Part shown: piece after piece, positions 9,001 to 17,100 of the stretch | How positions within the stretch are numbered: the first letter of the stretch is position 1 | Layout: every line of letters starts with the position of its first letter | IMG/VR virus record: IMGVR_UViG_3300042502_001710 | Coordinates: 1 to 64,000 of that record | Direction: 5' to 3' (one strand) | Origin: a virus | Length of the DNA: 64,000 nt | Program-made: the position numbers and the translations under genes | The notes under the pieces: generated by a model | What the model was told of the DNA's origin: nothing | Seen by the model: the letters and a program-made list of their open reading frames with translations, nothing else | The model's database searches: none

Positions 9001-11796
9001 TCTGGATACAGAGTATGGATAAATTGGGTGTCTGAGTCTCCAGATGAAAAATTTGGAATATGCGCGAATCACAGTGGAAATCTAATATTAGATAGACCAA
9101 TAGGTTTGTTTTCTTCTGCTTGTGGAAACGTTGGAGAGCTAACCAAAACAACGACATATATTCCTCAGGAAACTATTTTTGAATTTAGAACAGAACCGAA
9201 TAGCAATACTGATGAGTTTGGAATAACTTTTCAAACCAGTAAATGGTCTAGTTTTATCGATGTCAAAGAATTAGAAGGCATTGCATTGCCACCTAAAACC
9301 CCTAGGCTGATGTCGATATCCGGAGCGTTGCTTCCAATCATCACTGAGATCAACGCAATAACAACCAGCGGTTTGATAAACGATGGACCTCCAGTTCAAT
9401 CCAACTTCCGGTACGTTGTGAATCCAGCCGCTAGCGGAGTAATTCCGGGTGTTTCTAGACCAGTCAAACACAAGAGTTCTATTTACTGTGATGAAAATAA
9501 TTTCACAACAGATGAGTGTATTTCTGCGTCTGAAAACTGGGCTGAAGAATTGATAGAAGATGGACCAGTGATTGTGGCCGAAGAGTTTGAAAACTTCTCG
9601 TCATTCCAGAATGGCAAAAGAAGATCAAAAATTATCTTGATAGCAGACTCAACTTTGCTTCAAGGTCAATGCCCTCATTATAGATCCACGACTATAACTG
9701 GAAACCAAAGCTTTGTTAGAAATCTATATCCTCCGAGTCCAAACGATACTGGCGAAACCATTAATATTGGTAACGGTGCAGGCAGACTACAGTCAGGAGG
9801 GGTTTACGATGCTGCCCTTATAAAAGAAGGCAGAAACTGGGAACTTTCTCAGAAATTACGCGCTCCTGAACGAGGTTCTCCGGCTAAATACGCTGCGGTT
9901 AGTGGTCAGGCCATTGGAGCCACTTTGATTCCTTCTAGACTTTGGGGAGCAAATGGTGTCGCTGGTAATTTAAACAACTATTCTGACAACGAGGATACGT
10001 ACGATCCCACAACTCTGTCTAGACCAGCAGAACTTAAAACTTCTGAAGAAATGGCACAAAGATCCAAAAGCTTCTTTAACGATGAAGTTATGACTAAATA
10101 TGGAATGTACCCTAGATTCAGTGGAGACTTTTTGGATATTGTAAATTACAATGGAGGTATTTATACTGATTATGATATCCTGTTAGGATTAGATAAAAAT
10201 TCAAACAGAAGCTTTATAGTTGATGCCGGTATAGGTGGTGGATTGAATGAGCTTATGAAGATAGCGAACGCAGACTATCTTGACTATGACTTATTCAATT
10301 CTGGATGTCCGGGAGATTTATTCGGATACTCTGTCGCTATAGACAATGGAAAAATTATAGTTGGAACACCATACAACGCATTTCATTCAGAAGGAGCTAT
10401 AAGCGGTGTCAGTGGAATTGTTCAGTGGCATGAAATCAAAAACGATGCAACTAGATCTGGAATAAGAATAGGCGCAGATGGAGGCGCTGGAGCTGCATTT
10501 ATATTCGAGAAAACAAACAATGGTAAAAATGTCATAGAAGAGTTTCTGCCTTGGGAGTTCAAACAAAAGGTAAAACCAAACAGCATAAATGTTGGTATAT
10601 ACGATTTCTCTCCAACTGCATCTCAGAAATTAACCAGTTTGAGAGGTCCACATCAAATAAACGACTCTTCATTTATATCAGAATACGCTCGCCGTGGAGA
10701 TAGATTTGGATTTTCAGTTGATATAGCTTACGACATGGCCGTTGTGGGCGCTCCAAATCATTCGTTTGAAACTTTACACCACCATATTTACAGCGGCTCT
10801 ACAGCCTTCCAGAGAAAGAGTTTTGACGCCAAGTTTGATATTCCAAAACATTCATTCTATGATTTAGCCGATTCAGGAATCAGGGTAAATACATTTGGCA
10901 ACAACAGCGGAACAATGACCCTAAACAATGGGGCTGTTTATAACTATAGAAACGAAATGGTCAACTTCAATGAAAGAATACAAAGATGGACATTTGCTGA
11001 AAAGATGCTTGCAGTAGGTTACAAGTCTAGAGTTCAAACCGCATTAACAGCCGGAATATTGGCTGCTAGCGGTTCAGACAATGACAACTTTGGAGCCTCT
11101 GTTTGTATAGATAGGCCACTTAGAGGAGATAGTGATTATACATTGATTGCTGGTTCTCCAAATCACGATTGGCCTACAAGTGGAGATCATCCAACGAAAG
11201 GTTTAAACAATGCTGGAGCTGCTTATACCTTCGACTGCGTTTTAAGACAACAAATTCCTTCTATACAAAATAGCGGAGGTTGGATAGACGCTCATGTGTT
11301 TGGAAACAAACAAGAGTCTGGATCAACAGACAGAGTTGGAGTAAGGGTATACCAGAATTCATCTGGAAATTCATTAGAATATGTAGTTTCAGGCATAGTG
11401 TTCAGCAATAAAAATGGAGACATTTTCTTAGAAGCTTCTGGTTTTGACCCATCAACAAAGGGTTTTGTTGCTCATAGACCGTACATTGATAACATAAAGT
11501 TTGAACTGTTTCCGGGCACAGAAATCAACAATTCCTTCAACCTGATAACCTCCGGAAGACCAGTCTCTATGTCTGGAGACATGAACCTATCGTTGTTGGG
11601 GTCAGATCAAGCAAATGTGTATAATACATTAGGATTGTATAACTTTGGTGTTTCAGGGATCGCTAGCGGAGAGAACCCTTCTGGACTATCTCTGTTTATC
11701 TCTGCTCCAAGTGGGCAGAGTTCAGAATCCTTGAATTTATCACTGACGAGCACTCAGACAACGAATGCTCTTAATTTAAGAATAAGAGGATATTAA
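1..11796 (+). CDS. Giant virion structural/adhesion protein (LamG-like domain, 7 dispersed FG-GAP blades, GldG/IFT52-like domains); 5'-partial
   Basis: Frame 1 is open from base 1 (LYPSNDLPIDNGFG...), so the true start lies upstream of the window; the ORF track starts at TTG 115. FG-GAP motifs include DRFGHAVSISKNGEVVAVGSP, DLFGYSVAIDNGKIIVGTP and DRFGFSVDIAYDMAVVGAP. A LamG-like segment lies at about 2280-2780. The protein is Ser/Gly/Asn-rich. Confidence 0.7.
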   Translation: MYPSNDLPIDNGFGTFAGPSLESTNLWSNIDEGIYEGVLKDRGDSNLLSDDKNSYIEPNTFHTEGLFQYKCELTDMYVRPEHSSFRIRVATPLYNYESKLPPLYTLYNIKLSDPSGNLIIKYNDIQMRGDSTEEYANFTTYSSLPQTNAINEKYDWQRTIPHMYQTTGYQLSFSVRAVSLDDSFNKGFDEGFEENYIIPEILSYSGNNYLAIDGQPLSSLETRFINPTRGFRISAVEICNSGGYGPKLENYLPFRIPVREIGRRLERSINPTFMAISTYNTSIYPSVNNNVWQDDTTITAGYPIGATNQDVCGSKELINILNVKNADRFIKLQSTSGGNVADSGKLILKFQTGYNKVDEITNGDFNFSFDQGTNTTWWKPSGAFSVEKRIENIQEDICFYNVESLTLKVLAKKQVGSRDYILDVVGYSNDGLLAVTPPSGGFIQDPSGVFLNDAFVSNVGNHPVLSGFHRGDSDRTIGGGSLSENDTYFESSGNDHYRLAQYPVVSSTGFQLYEIPLVILDDNVKLGLSRDYSLSSFLENVYLDIFPLPSGAAIGYAELCVRYAPANAVNLYAQGGEKFGKTQDGRSEAALYPSGMQSYDSVLNAGSGYGPISRIQNIPHAYGSPNTIRTNYARRWKGMEGLTEGDFHPNMFDFSFYNPLLDSPFNFGFYDFDDNDGHAINPHNNTGNGGVLHTTYGNGKYRYKNIGWRFNNHTLFNDQLSGYTGLYQTTDWTSLSNGAANFTSDQLYGQIADAFNSIVRISGQNSYIDFNHSLDTSDGFVSYIKFTPDVNVSGVGYNLFNSGVLVSKWGRHNTHGGRELEFAVSYENGYLCGLARSTTGNIIKITDTAHYSEYQYPLAVILTYNDKGLSGLKLYTDNEFAYPWNTLRASSTPFDIYVGDSDVIVGFSTGSGVGMNMFVSEFGLASGCKIVQSDPDLQLKETSADVFLANQRVKLWNPSESHTNDRFTLWQNVDEDTYNDWHVGDFKYCQFDASFDFLTKRTGRDLISFNLKSDGVGYSNKTNITLPTSIDNTVAYHTQIENDFLRFHLSDVVDNFYAVNRRITKSIPVGYKFSERALVVETIVEHKFGDGIKWPSCETIAPSGPKFIVSLYTKKQDPYWTTEEPNWGLVNRKIHYIEPSSCFVKLESTFDYEDLIDETEPWAVFPKEPRLKDFSERYFKDDVNQMFVQYDLVYPSGPAFESRIDMHSSHVRMVDANILALGSSGIFNLNVSGAFPASSQINLSIGGFPRETSGILPLIVQVPIPYNIFNEVDHPSGFCLNVSGAFTEFNSLNLFIPPQSGYSYFNLNISGELPTSLSSGLSLSMPKVLGMLDTSDDGNPSTSVGSFFGMPLTLVNIELAGKPEGPVLNLNLFASSGNVGVLSSLPLFLHNQQLNRQKGSASGVIGLTIVGHNQGVSTRRSHSMPLYINAPNVINQSMPLYVHSPLVRSLLNGSLNFVTANYSSNFGSSLAVWNSSSYGSPIELADNHVAFLPANNEIRGVDLIGYGSCTGDSPSKAIDKALVTDGVTWRQETCNDGGIFRAKNTYTNSGAINFEGGFGYSGNYYGIRKFDQLLPSLAYKTTVVIKTGSNEAIPVPRTFEEWEYGMCGPAWYPDNSGCCTEDCDQNIVFSGVKLISDSGRNVNDNYGQQVRVSNDLMAISAPNITISDYSPYDAATVNVSGAGSVFLYRRGSDQAGKKAGWSYSEQLMLPSGFRKDYIQRTAQNLLTFDQFSISGNKWQIGQEGRKFGESLDICSSGEREIVVVGAPRAKWSRSFSDIAVSGIPTAGIIFTDLFEYEKEKLQSVAATAQKFNTLWKYFSAPWNSGPNEWYAQIKPKLIVLQLTFSNRNYPVIPTDESSWFVHKYIPRLDDTELLFNVGSGLLGGSGDSVKFRASGIPVVFNQMLSGVKSAFFEAFPSGSTEFSVYSGIPAIIGLFKEQTGSTARALKYNGNNGVVDIYDEFEKFYLAHSYASGVKDLVQNIAQSGHLNKIAGKSETWDTTCKQLFENTFDSGRLSSGYTNTTLNRNFIASGVGQEWGSTHGSVVTEFQVPPASGGRVYIFEKERNTFNCIQVIVSPNDKLEFNLSTMDSLGSIYGKTYNDRFGHAVSISKNGEVVAVGSPWNDKACNVFERNEQEAKKVYDNVRSWCVSTNKPQAVSHYDSIASQSGQTIAKVSTYDFMQSSERFEYRNDINFWGTLPTPYKMTYQYGHNDIQYLGTRQFLPSTFASMSRLGWSCAVDQDGETVAFGAPTDCFNEFEDTNVWGDNILSWASYTNAGAVRVFQNRKYYPHDKVVEFGRFGNLDRSSHPEERALGYYDNSNWPLIFASGSNGTTGYQGKSWRRTGFSEIEIPRDAGLAFIVTPELDAASDEIIQNIKDWLSLGDRNLVVVGNDPVWEEDGLYEDSNKIVNKILEKLGSRMRIHPARNVEYSAQGCISQQDVSNNKYNATQSFLPDRSAGRTIEHHGEYYIKGVGDIRIDLSRDNLDEFFENLNCPEGATCGDGPAPIINSKCEFPLKGILGDLRTQWKEQCVKTTPKTCSVVSYYKNWPLQFENFTIDCDSPPQPLFKKRNEEPVPVLTTAEHLPPTSWYNPATSGLIWDTFQPQVYKVDKQFEEKISFAANNINELAFHITENGPSVVSGNFNTFYYNGDMFDPALENGRDGLMQSAGKILSEAVDVTETVYPDQIVALVESGRKPDGSFNNSRIYVLATQWSEDDASRGIGSRISDATLNDDKNTEFYINMIRKDCLYAPKGLQINGFTGRTSLSNAYYLSGDSIVNYKLGVDLDATFSPNGFFTENSEMRDVNESIDFVWLAFPSGKPSSEDLTTLNNWLDFGNKKIILTYSAVKDSTAQEISDNITYLCSGLRMTSKPMYLPKLGKYYLSDKLSGYTPIDNKQLINYATDSISGCDDGYAFTHPNYQDSTSLSGIDFNTNTATISVASQSEEFSYASRTNFVPLSGGQNFERILSFLPEIKQTYKVYGAKNTWQINGAGAVTFPILPGSGYRVWINWVSESPDEKFGICANHSGNLILDRPIGLFSSACGNVGELTKTTTYIPQETIFEFRTEPNSNTDEFGITFQTSKWSSFIDVKELEGIALPPKTPRLMSISGALLPIITEINAITTSGLINDGPPVQSNFRYVVNPAASGVIPGVSRPVKHKSSIYCDENNFTTDECISASENWAEELIEDGPVIVAEEFENFSSFQNGKRRSKIILIADSTLLQGQCPHYRSTTITGNQSFVRNLYPPSPNDTGETINIGNGAGRLQSGGVYDAALIKEGRNWELSQKLRAPERGSPAKYAAVSGQAIGATLIPSRLWGANGVAGNLNNYSDNEDTYDPTTLSRPAELKTSEEMAQRSKSFFNDEVMTKYGMYPRFSGDFLDIVNYNGGIYTDYDILLGLDKNSNRSFIVDAGIGGGLNELMKIANADYLDYDLFNSGCPGDLFGYSVAIDNGKIIVGTPYNAFHSEGAISGVSGIVQWHEIKNDATRSGIRIGADGGAGAAFIFEKTNNGKNVIEEFLPWEFKQKVKPNSINVGIYDFSPTASQKLTSLRGPHQINDSSFISEYARRGDRFGFSVDIAYDMAVVGAPNHSFETLHHHIYSGSTAFQRKSFDAKFDIPKHSFYDLADSGIRVNTFGNNSGTMTLNNGAVYNYRNEMVNFNERIQRWTFAEKMLAVGYKSRVQTALTAGILAASGSDNDNFGASVCIDRPLRGDSDYTLIAGSPNHDWPTSGDHPTKGLNNAGAAYTFDCVLRQQIPSIQNSGGWIDAHVFGNKQESGSTDRVGVRVYQNSSGNSLEYVVSGIVFSNKNGDIFLEASGFDPSTKGFVAHRPYIDNIKFELFPGTEINNSFNLITSGRPVSMSGDMNLSLLGSDQANVYNTLGLYNFGVSGIASGENPSGLSLFISAPSGQSSESLNLSLTSTQTTNALNLRIRGY
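11616..11626 (+). promoter_or_regulatory. Candidate phage late-promoter motif TGTGTATAATA (inside the 3' end of the giant gene)
   Basis: The same 11-mer occurs in the intergenic region at 23380-23390. This copy is about 170 nt upstream of the 584-aa gene. Confidence 0.3.
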
Positions 11797-13550
11797 TGCT
11801 AAAAGTTTACTACAGAAATGACATAAATCAAATTTGCACTGTACGTCCAACACCGTTGGTTCAAATCTCTGAGTCTATTCTAAAAAATAAAGAGGGAAAT
11901 TTTGGGGTTACATATACTATTACCCTTACTGGTAGTTTACTTCCAAACGAAGGAACACCGTACGCATTAAATCCAGCTACAAATAGTCTGTTTGATTTTT
12001 TTACAAATCCTGCTCCTACAGGTATTGGTCCGTATGGACAGTTTGATATGGTTGGTACATTTGAACGATCACGACCACCCAAACAAAAAGTTAATAGACC
12101 AGAGTCTGCTATTTTCAGTAAACAGCGAGCTTTACGAGCTTTGTTTGCCCAAGATGGACAACAAGTACAGATAACAGATATTCTAGATGACGCAGCGGCT
12201 ACAATAACTTGTTTTCCCAGAACTATTAGTGTTGACTTTACTGAAGGTCAATATATCACTAAGTGTGAGTATACGATAGTTTTAGAAGCTGATTATCTAC
12301 TTAGAGGGGACGATCCAGACCAGTATGTAGACTATGAAGGCACATTTGTTAATGGAGATCTTCGAGCCACAGACACTAACATCTCTACCTTGCTCAGCAG
12401 TCAAGATACTGCGTTTATCGAAACTTACAGTGAAGACTGGGGTATCGAAGCAGACGATCAAACTGGTGAGTCTGTTGATAATCCCATAACTTATAGAATA
12501 TCGCATTCATTAAGTGCTACAGGAAAAACTGTTTATGGGCCCGCTTCCACTGGCATAGATTACAATTATAATACATCTCCAACCGAAGCTCTTAATATTC
12601 CAGCTTGGGAACAAGCTAAAAGGTTTGTCCAGAAAAAACTAAGCGGTGGCGGAACTGGCATACAATATCCTAATATCATTGGTCAAATAGGCTCTGGTAC
12701 TATCAATTTAGTAAATTCTTACGGTGGTTACAATCACGTAAGAACTGAGCAAATAAATGTCACTGAAGGTACATACTCAGTGTCAGAAAACTGGATATTG
12801 AGCAGTGGAAAAGCAAATGAAGTTTATAATTTATCTACATCCACATCCAACAGCGATCCTTTCATCACGGTCCAAATAGATGGAGCGATAAAGGGTTTGC
12901 GTAATTTTTCACCAGTTTATGGATCTGGACTTGGAAGTGCAAATTTTAACGCTGTCAGCGGAGCGTATGCAAACGCCCTGTCGAAATATAACGAAATATC
13001 AAACAGCGGAAGGTTTGGATTGATCAGTCCAATATACAAGCGTGCTAATAATTTAGTTGCAGTTGCCCTTAATTCTCAGCCAGTTTCCATGAGCTTGAGT
13101 TCAAATCAATACACTGGAGATATATCTTATAATCTTAGCTTCAACAACAGACCAACAAATATAATATCAGGGGTTATCGCTGAAAGCATTCAGGTTAATG
13201 ATACTTATCCCGGAGATATTTTTGCAATTATTCCAGTTCTTGGCAGAGCCACTGGTCCAGTGCTACAATACATAGGCGGAAGAACAGAGTATAAAAGAGA
13301 TGTTTCCATAAGCTTGACTATGGACTATACAAAAATAGCATATGGAGACAAAAGAAATACATTGATATTGAAAAAACCCAGTCTTGTTGAACCGACCGCT
13401 AGTCAAATAGCTGGATTAATAAACGAACTTAGTCCAAAGAATGAACCCGGAGTCAGAAAGTATTTCATATCTCCTCCTAGCGAAAGTTGGAATCCTAAAG
13501 AAGGCACTTATTCATTCAATATCTCTTGGACATATGAGTTGGATCGTTAA
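11796..13550 (+). CDS. Virion structural protein (tail/baseplate-type, beta-rich)
   Basis: 584 aa, TAATG-coupled to the giant gene. Repeated alternating beta-strand segments (YTITLTG, YTIVLEAD, YRISHSLSATG, YSFNISWTY). Structural-module context. Confidence 0.5.
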   Translation: MLKVYYRNDINQICTVRPTPLVQISESILKNKEGNFGVTYTITLTGSLLPNEGTPYALNPATNSLFDFFTNPAPTGIGPYGQFDMVGTFERSRPPKQKVNRPESAIFSKQRALRALFAQDGQQVQITDILDDAAATITCFPRTISVDFTEGQYITKCEYTIVLEADYLLRGDDPDQYVDYEGTFVNGDLRATDTNISTLLSSQDTAFIETYSEDWGIEADDQTGESVDNPITYRISHSLSATGKTVYGPASTGIDYNYNTSPTEALNIPAWEQAKRFVQKKLSGGGTGIQYPNIIGQIGSGTINLVNSYGGYNHVRTEQINVTEGTYSVSENWILSSGKANEVYNLSTSTSNSDPFITVQIDGAIKGLRNFSPVYGSGLGSANFNAVSGAYANALSKYNEISNSGRFGLISPIYKRANNLVAVALNSQPVSMSLSSNQYTGDISYNLSFNNRPTNIISGVIAESIQVNDTYPGDIFAIIPVLGRATGPVLQYIGGRTEYKRDVSISLTMDYTKIAYGDKRNTLILKKPSLVEPTASQIAGLINELSPKNEPGVRKYFISPPSESWNPKEGTYSFNISWTYELDR

Positions 13551-13552
13551 TC

Positions 13553-14089
13553 ATGACACATGCTTATAAACCTAAATGGTCAGATTTTTTTGACGCAGGG
13601 TTAGGGCCAAACCTTCCTTTGTCTTCACAGCAACAAACAACTCCAGTGTCTGGACTGTTGCCTTCTGGAGAATCAAACGGTTTTGACTTTACTCAATCCC
13701 ACGGAATGAGATCAGAGGCACCGTATTTCAGAGGCTATGGGATAAATGTACCGTTTCCATATCCCAACGAACAAACAGAAGCGAAATATAAAGCCAGCGA
13801 TATAAACAACTATTACAGTGACGCTTGGTGGGATGCTTCAGGAATATTAAAAACATATCCATCAGAAGATGGTGTTTTATTCGATCAGAATAGGCAAAAT
13901 GGCATTTTTCATTATAGTCTTGAAAGAAGTAGATTTTCTAATGGCCAAGATGCAAGGTCTAATCAAATAGAGGATTTTACTATATTCAACGACTACATTC
14001 ATCATGAACTAGTTCTTCCAGTGGGAGTAATATCAATACCATATATTTCTACCTTTAGAACTTCAGTCAATTGGAACCCATACGGATAA
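13553..14089 (+). CDS. Hypothetical protein in structural module
   Basis: 178-aa ORF tightly packed between structural genes. Confidence 0.55.
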   Translation: MTHAYKPKWSDFFDAGLGPNLPLSSQQQTTPVSGLLPSGESNGFDFTQSHGMRSEAPYFRGYGINVPFPYPNEQTEAKYKASDINNYYSDAWWDASGILKTYPSEDGVLFDQNRQNGIFHYSLERSRFSNGQDARSNQIEDFTIFNDYIHHELVLPVGVISIPYISTFRTSVNWNPYG

Positions 14090-14103
14090 TTTGGAGAGGA
14101 TAA

Positions 14104-17100
14104 ATGTCAAATTTAGATAATGCATATGGAATAATTCCACCTTCAGGTGAATACGGAAAAGATTGGCCCGTTCATTTTAATCTACCTCAAGGAGCCAGAG
14201 GAGGTATATCCACTGGAGGTTGGACCGCAGATAATCTCACTATTGGAAACTTTGGCAATGAAGGGTTTGTACAACAAACATTTCTTGGAGCTTCTATCAT
14301 TGACTTTGATTTAAGCGCAGGGTTTGGATCTTCATCATCTACAATGAGCGTCAATTTAATAAATGACGAATTCAATAAATCAGACTCAACGACGTTGGGT
14401 TACGGAGACGATCCATACCATAACGGAGAATATGATACTTTCAGACCTCCCGTTGTTGGCACGCCAGTATTTTTTAAGTTTGGAAAAAACCCAGCAACAA
14501 TAGATCAGGCTTTCCGTCAAACGTACGATGATCTGTATGGCATAGAAACCCTTCCTCCAAAAATAGCCAATAATGCTTGGGGCGTTCCATTTCCTACGTC
14601 GAATTGGAATCCAGATGATTTCTACGAATTGGAACCATACCATTTTGTTGACCGTCAAGCGAGACTCATTCAAAACAGAAGTGCTTTATGGGACATAAAC
14701 ACATACTGGCGAGGACGTTCTCACTTTAATTTTGGTGGGATACTGCAAAGCTACACTCAAAATAAAGGCAACGGTGGCAAGCCAACGTATGCGGTTCAAC
14801 TCACAGATCCTAGGGAAATTCTATCCAATGTAGCGGTTCTATTAAACGACTACCAAGGAACAACGTTCAACAATAAAAACCTTATAAATGTCTATGGGTT
14901 TTTAGAATATGACCCATCAGTTCAATTGCTGACAAGATTTTCAAGAGAAGGCGAAGCTGGAATTATCACTAAGATTGTTGATAATTCTGGAAGAGTAGAT
15001 TATGTTGGGGTTTTATCTAATTGGAATGATGTTACTGGTTGGGAAAAGATTAACAGTTCTGGTAACATATCTCAAGTTACACCTTCACAGAGACAATGGG
15101 TTTCATCTGATGGATCGTTGACAACTGAGATAAACTCTAAGCCAGTTCTCTTGAAGGATGAATACTTTTTTGAAGTAAACAATTCTATTGTCGACCCAGA
15201 AAATCTACCTAGATTTTTCCCAATCACTGGTCAAGGTTTCTCAAGAAGAAGCGACAAAGGAATGCCATTTTATCGCATTTCTCAAGCGTTGTCGGCACTG
15301 TTTCAATACAATGGGTTCATGCCACAAGAATATGTTCAAGCTGGTTTTGGAGGATCAATAAATTTTAGAGGATTTAATTATGTGGTTGATTTTGGTGGAA
15401 TACCCACAGAAAAAATCCCACTATTGTATTACATGGATTTTAGTCAAATAGACTTGCTGAGCCTAGCTCAAGAGTTATGCGATATCATTAGTCATGAGCT
15501 ATACGTAACATTGCTTCCGGTTATAGATCATCCATCATGTGAATTTTTATATAATTATAACAAGAACCAGATATCTCAAGGAAAATCCGCAAATATTATA
15601 ACAGGAATAATAAGACTAGATGCTATAGACAAAACAAAGCAGCCAAAATATGGCGCTATAAAATCATACTTAGATAATTTAGAGTCAAGAGGCATCAACG
15701 TCGAAAACCAAGATGTTGGTTATGAATTGTCCAACGTTGTTACCGACAAGTTTGTTGTTGGTGCCCAAGAGGTCGAAACATATTTCTTTTCCACTGAACG
15801 TGACAGAGACACTCTTTGGACTTCAAATCAAGCGAATAATACCGCCAATATAACTTGGCTTCAACAATTCCAATGGGATCTCAGAGTCCAAGAACAACAG
15901 CAACTTTTGCCGTATTATGGTATGATTGGAAACAAAGCTATATCAATACCAAGAGGCTTTGGTTCTTACCAACAGATTTTACTGGACGCCACATCTCTAA
16001 ATGCTCATGGGGTTGGAAGCTATTACGTGGCGACAGAGATGGAGCTACGAGCAGCTTTAATCTCATATGAAAAATGGAAAGATTTTTTATTATCATACAA
16101 CGATACTTATATTGAAGATATTTCAGAGCACCGAGCTTTTTTAAGCACTCTGTCTGCTGGATCAGAAGCGATTCAAGCTCAATCGTTTGCAAAAATTACT
16201 GAAGCTGTCGGAAATTTACAAAATGGTGTATCAAAAGATGAAATCAGCATTGCTATAGATGCTTTGAAAGGCAGGCAATATGCAGTCACAGTTCCAAGAT
16301 GCGTTTGGCATTCTGACAAACCTGTCGTTACTGAAGATGGATATCCAGCTAGTCCGTGCTCTCCTCCTTTTGGTTATCCTCTTTATTACAGAAGAGCCAC
16401 CAGCATTGGAATACTTGAAGCTGGAATCAGTAGCCTTGTGAATGCAAAAACTAGATTGATAAAAGATACAGAACATCTACAAAAAGGACTTGAAAGTGTT
16501 GAAGCTCCGATGCTGCAATTGCCGAGAGCTATAGATCATGTAGCTTATTTAAAATCTGCTTTAGATAAACTTGGTCCTGCTGATGACAAAGAAAGGAAAG
16601 CATTAACAGAAGAAATTTCAAAGGCTGAACAAACCATACAGAACTATAAGCTATTACAATATAGATTAAAAGCGGCTGGAGAAACAGTAGCTTATGTTCA
16701 AAATATAGGAAATGGCCCTTTGGGAAAATTCTTATTTAATATCGAAAAAACAGCCAAGAAACATGAAGAAAACGCGAAAAAAGTATATGAATTTGTAAAA
16801 GCGATAGCAGATGAATGTCTTGGTAAAAAGTTTTTGGTTAGACTTCCAAAGTCATGCAACCTTGGCTATTCATCAACGATCTCTACTTTCACTGGAACAA
16901 CTACGTTCAATGTTAAAAACGGCCCTTTTGGATTTCCTCCGAAACCCATTTCTTCAGACCCCGCTGCTATCGGAGGAGTTTATTATGATATCAATAGACT
17001 TTCTGGCAATATAGGATCTAGACTGATGGAATTGAACGAACTGTTAAACAGCGATCCCTCAAACTTGTGGTATCCTTATTTACAGGATTATGTTTCAGAT

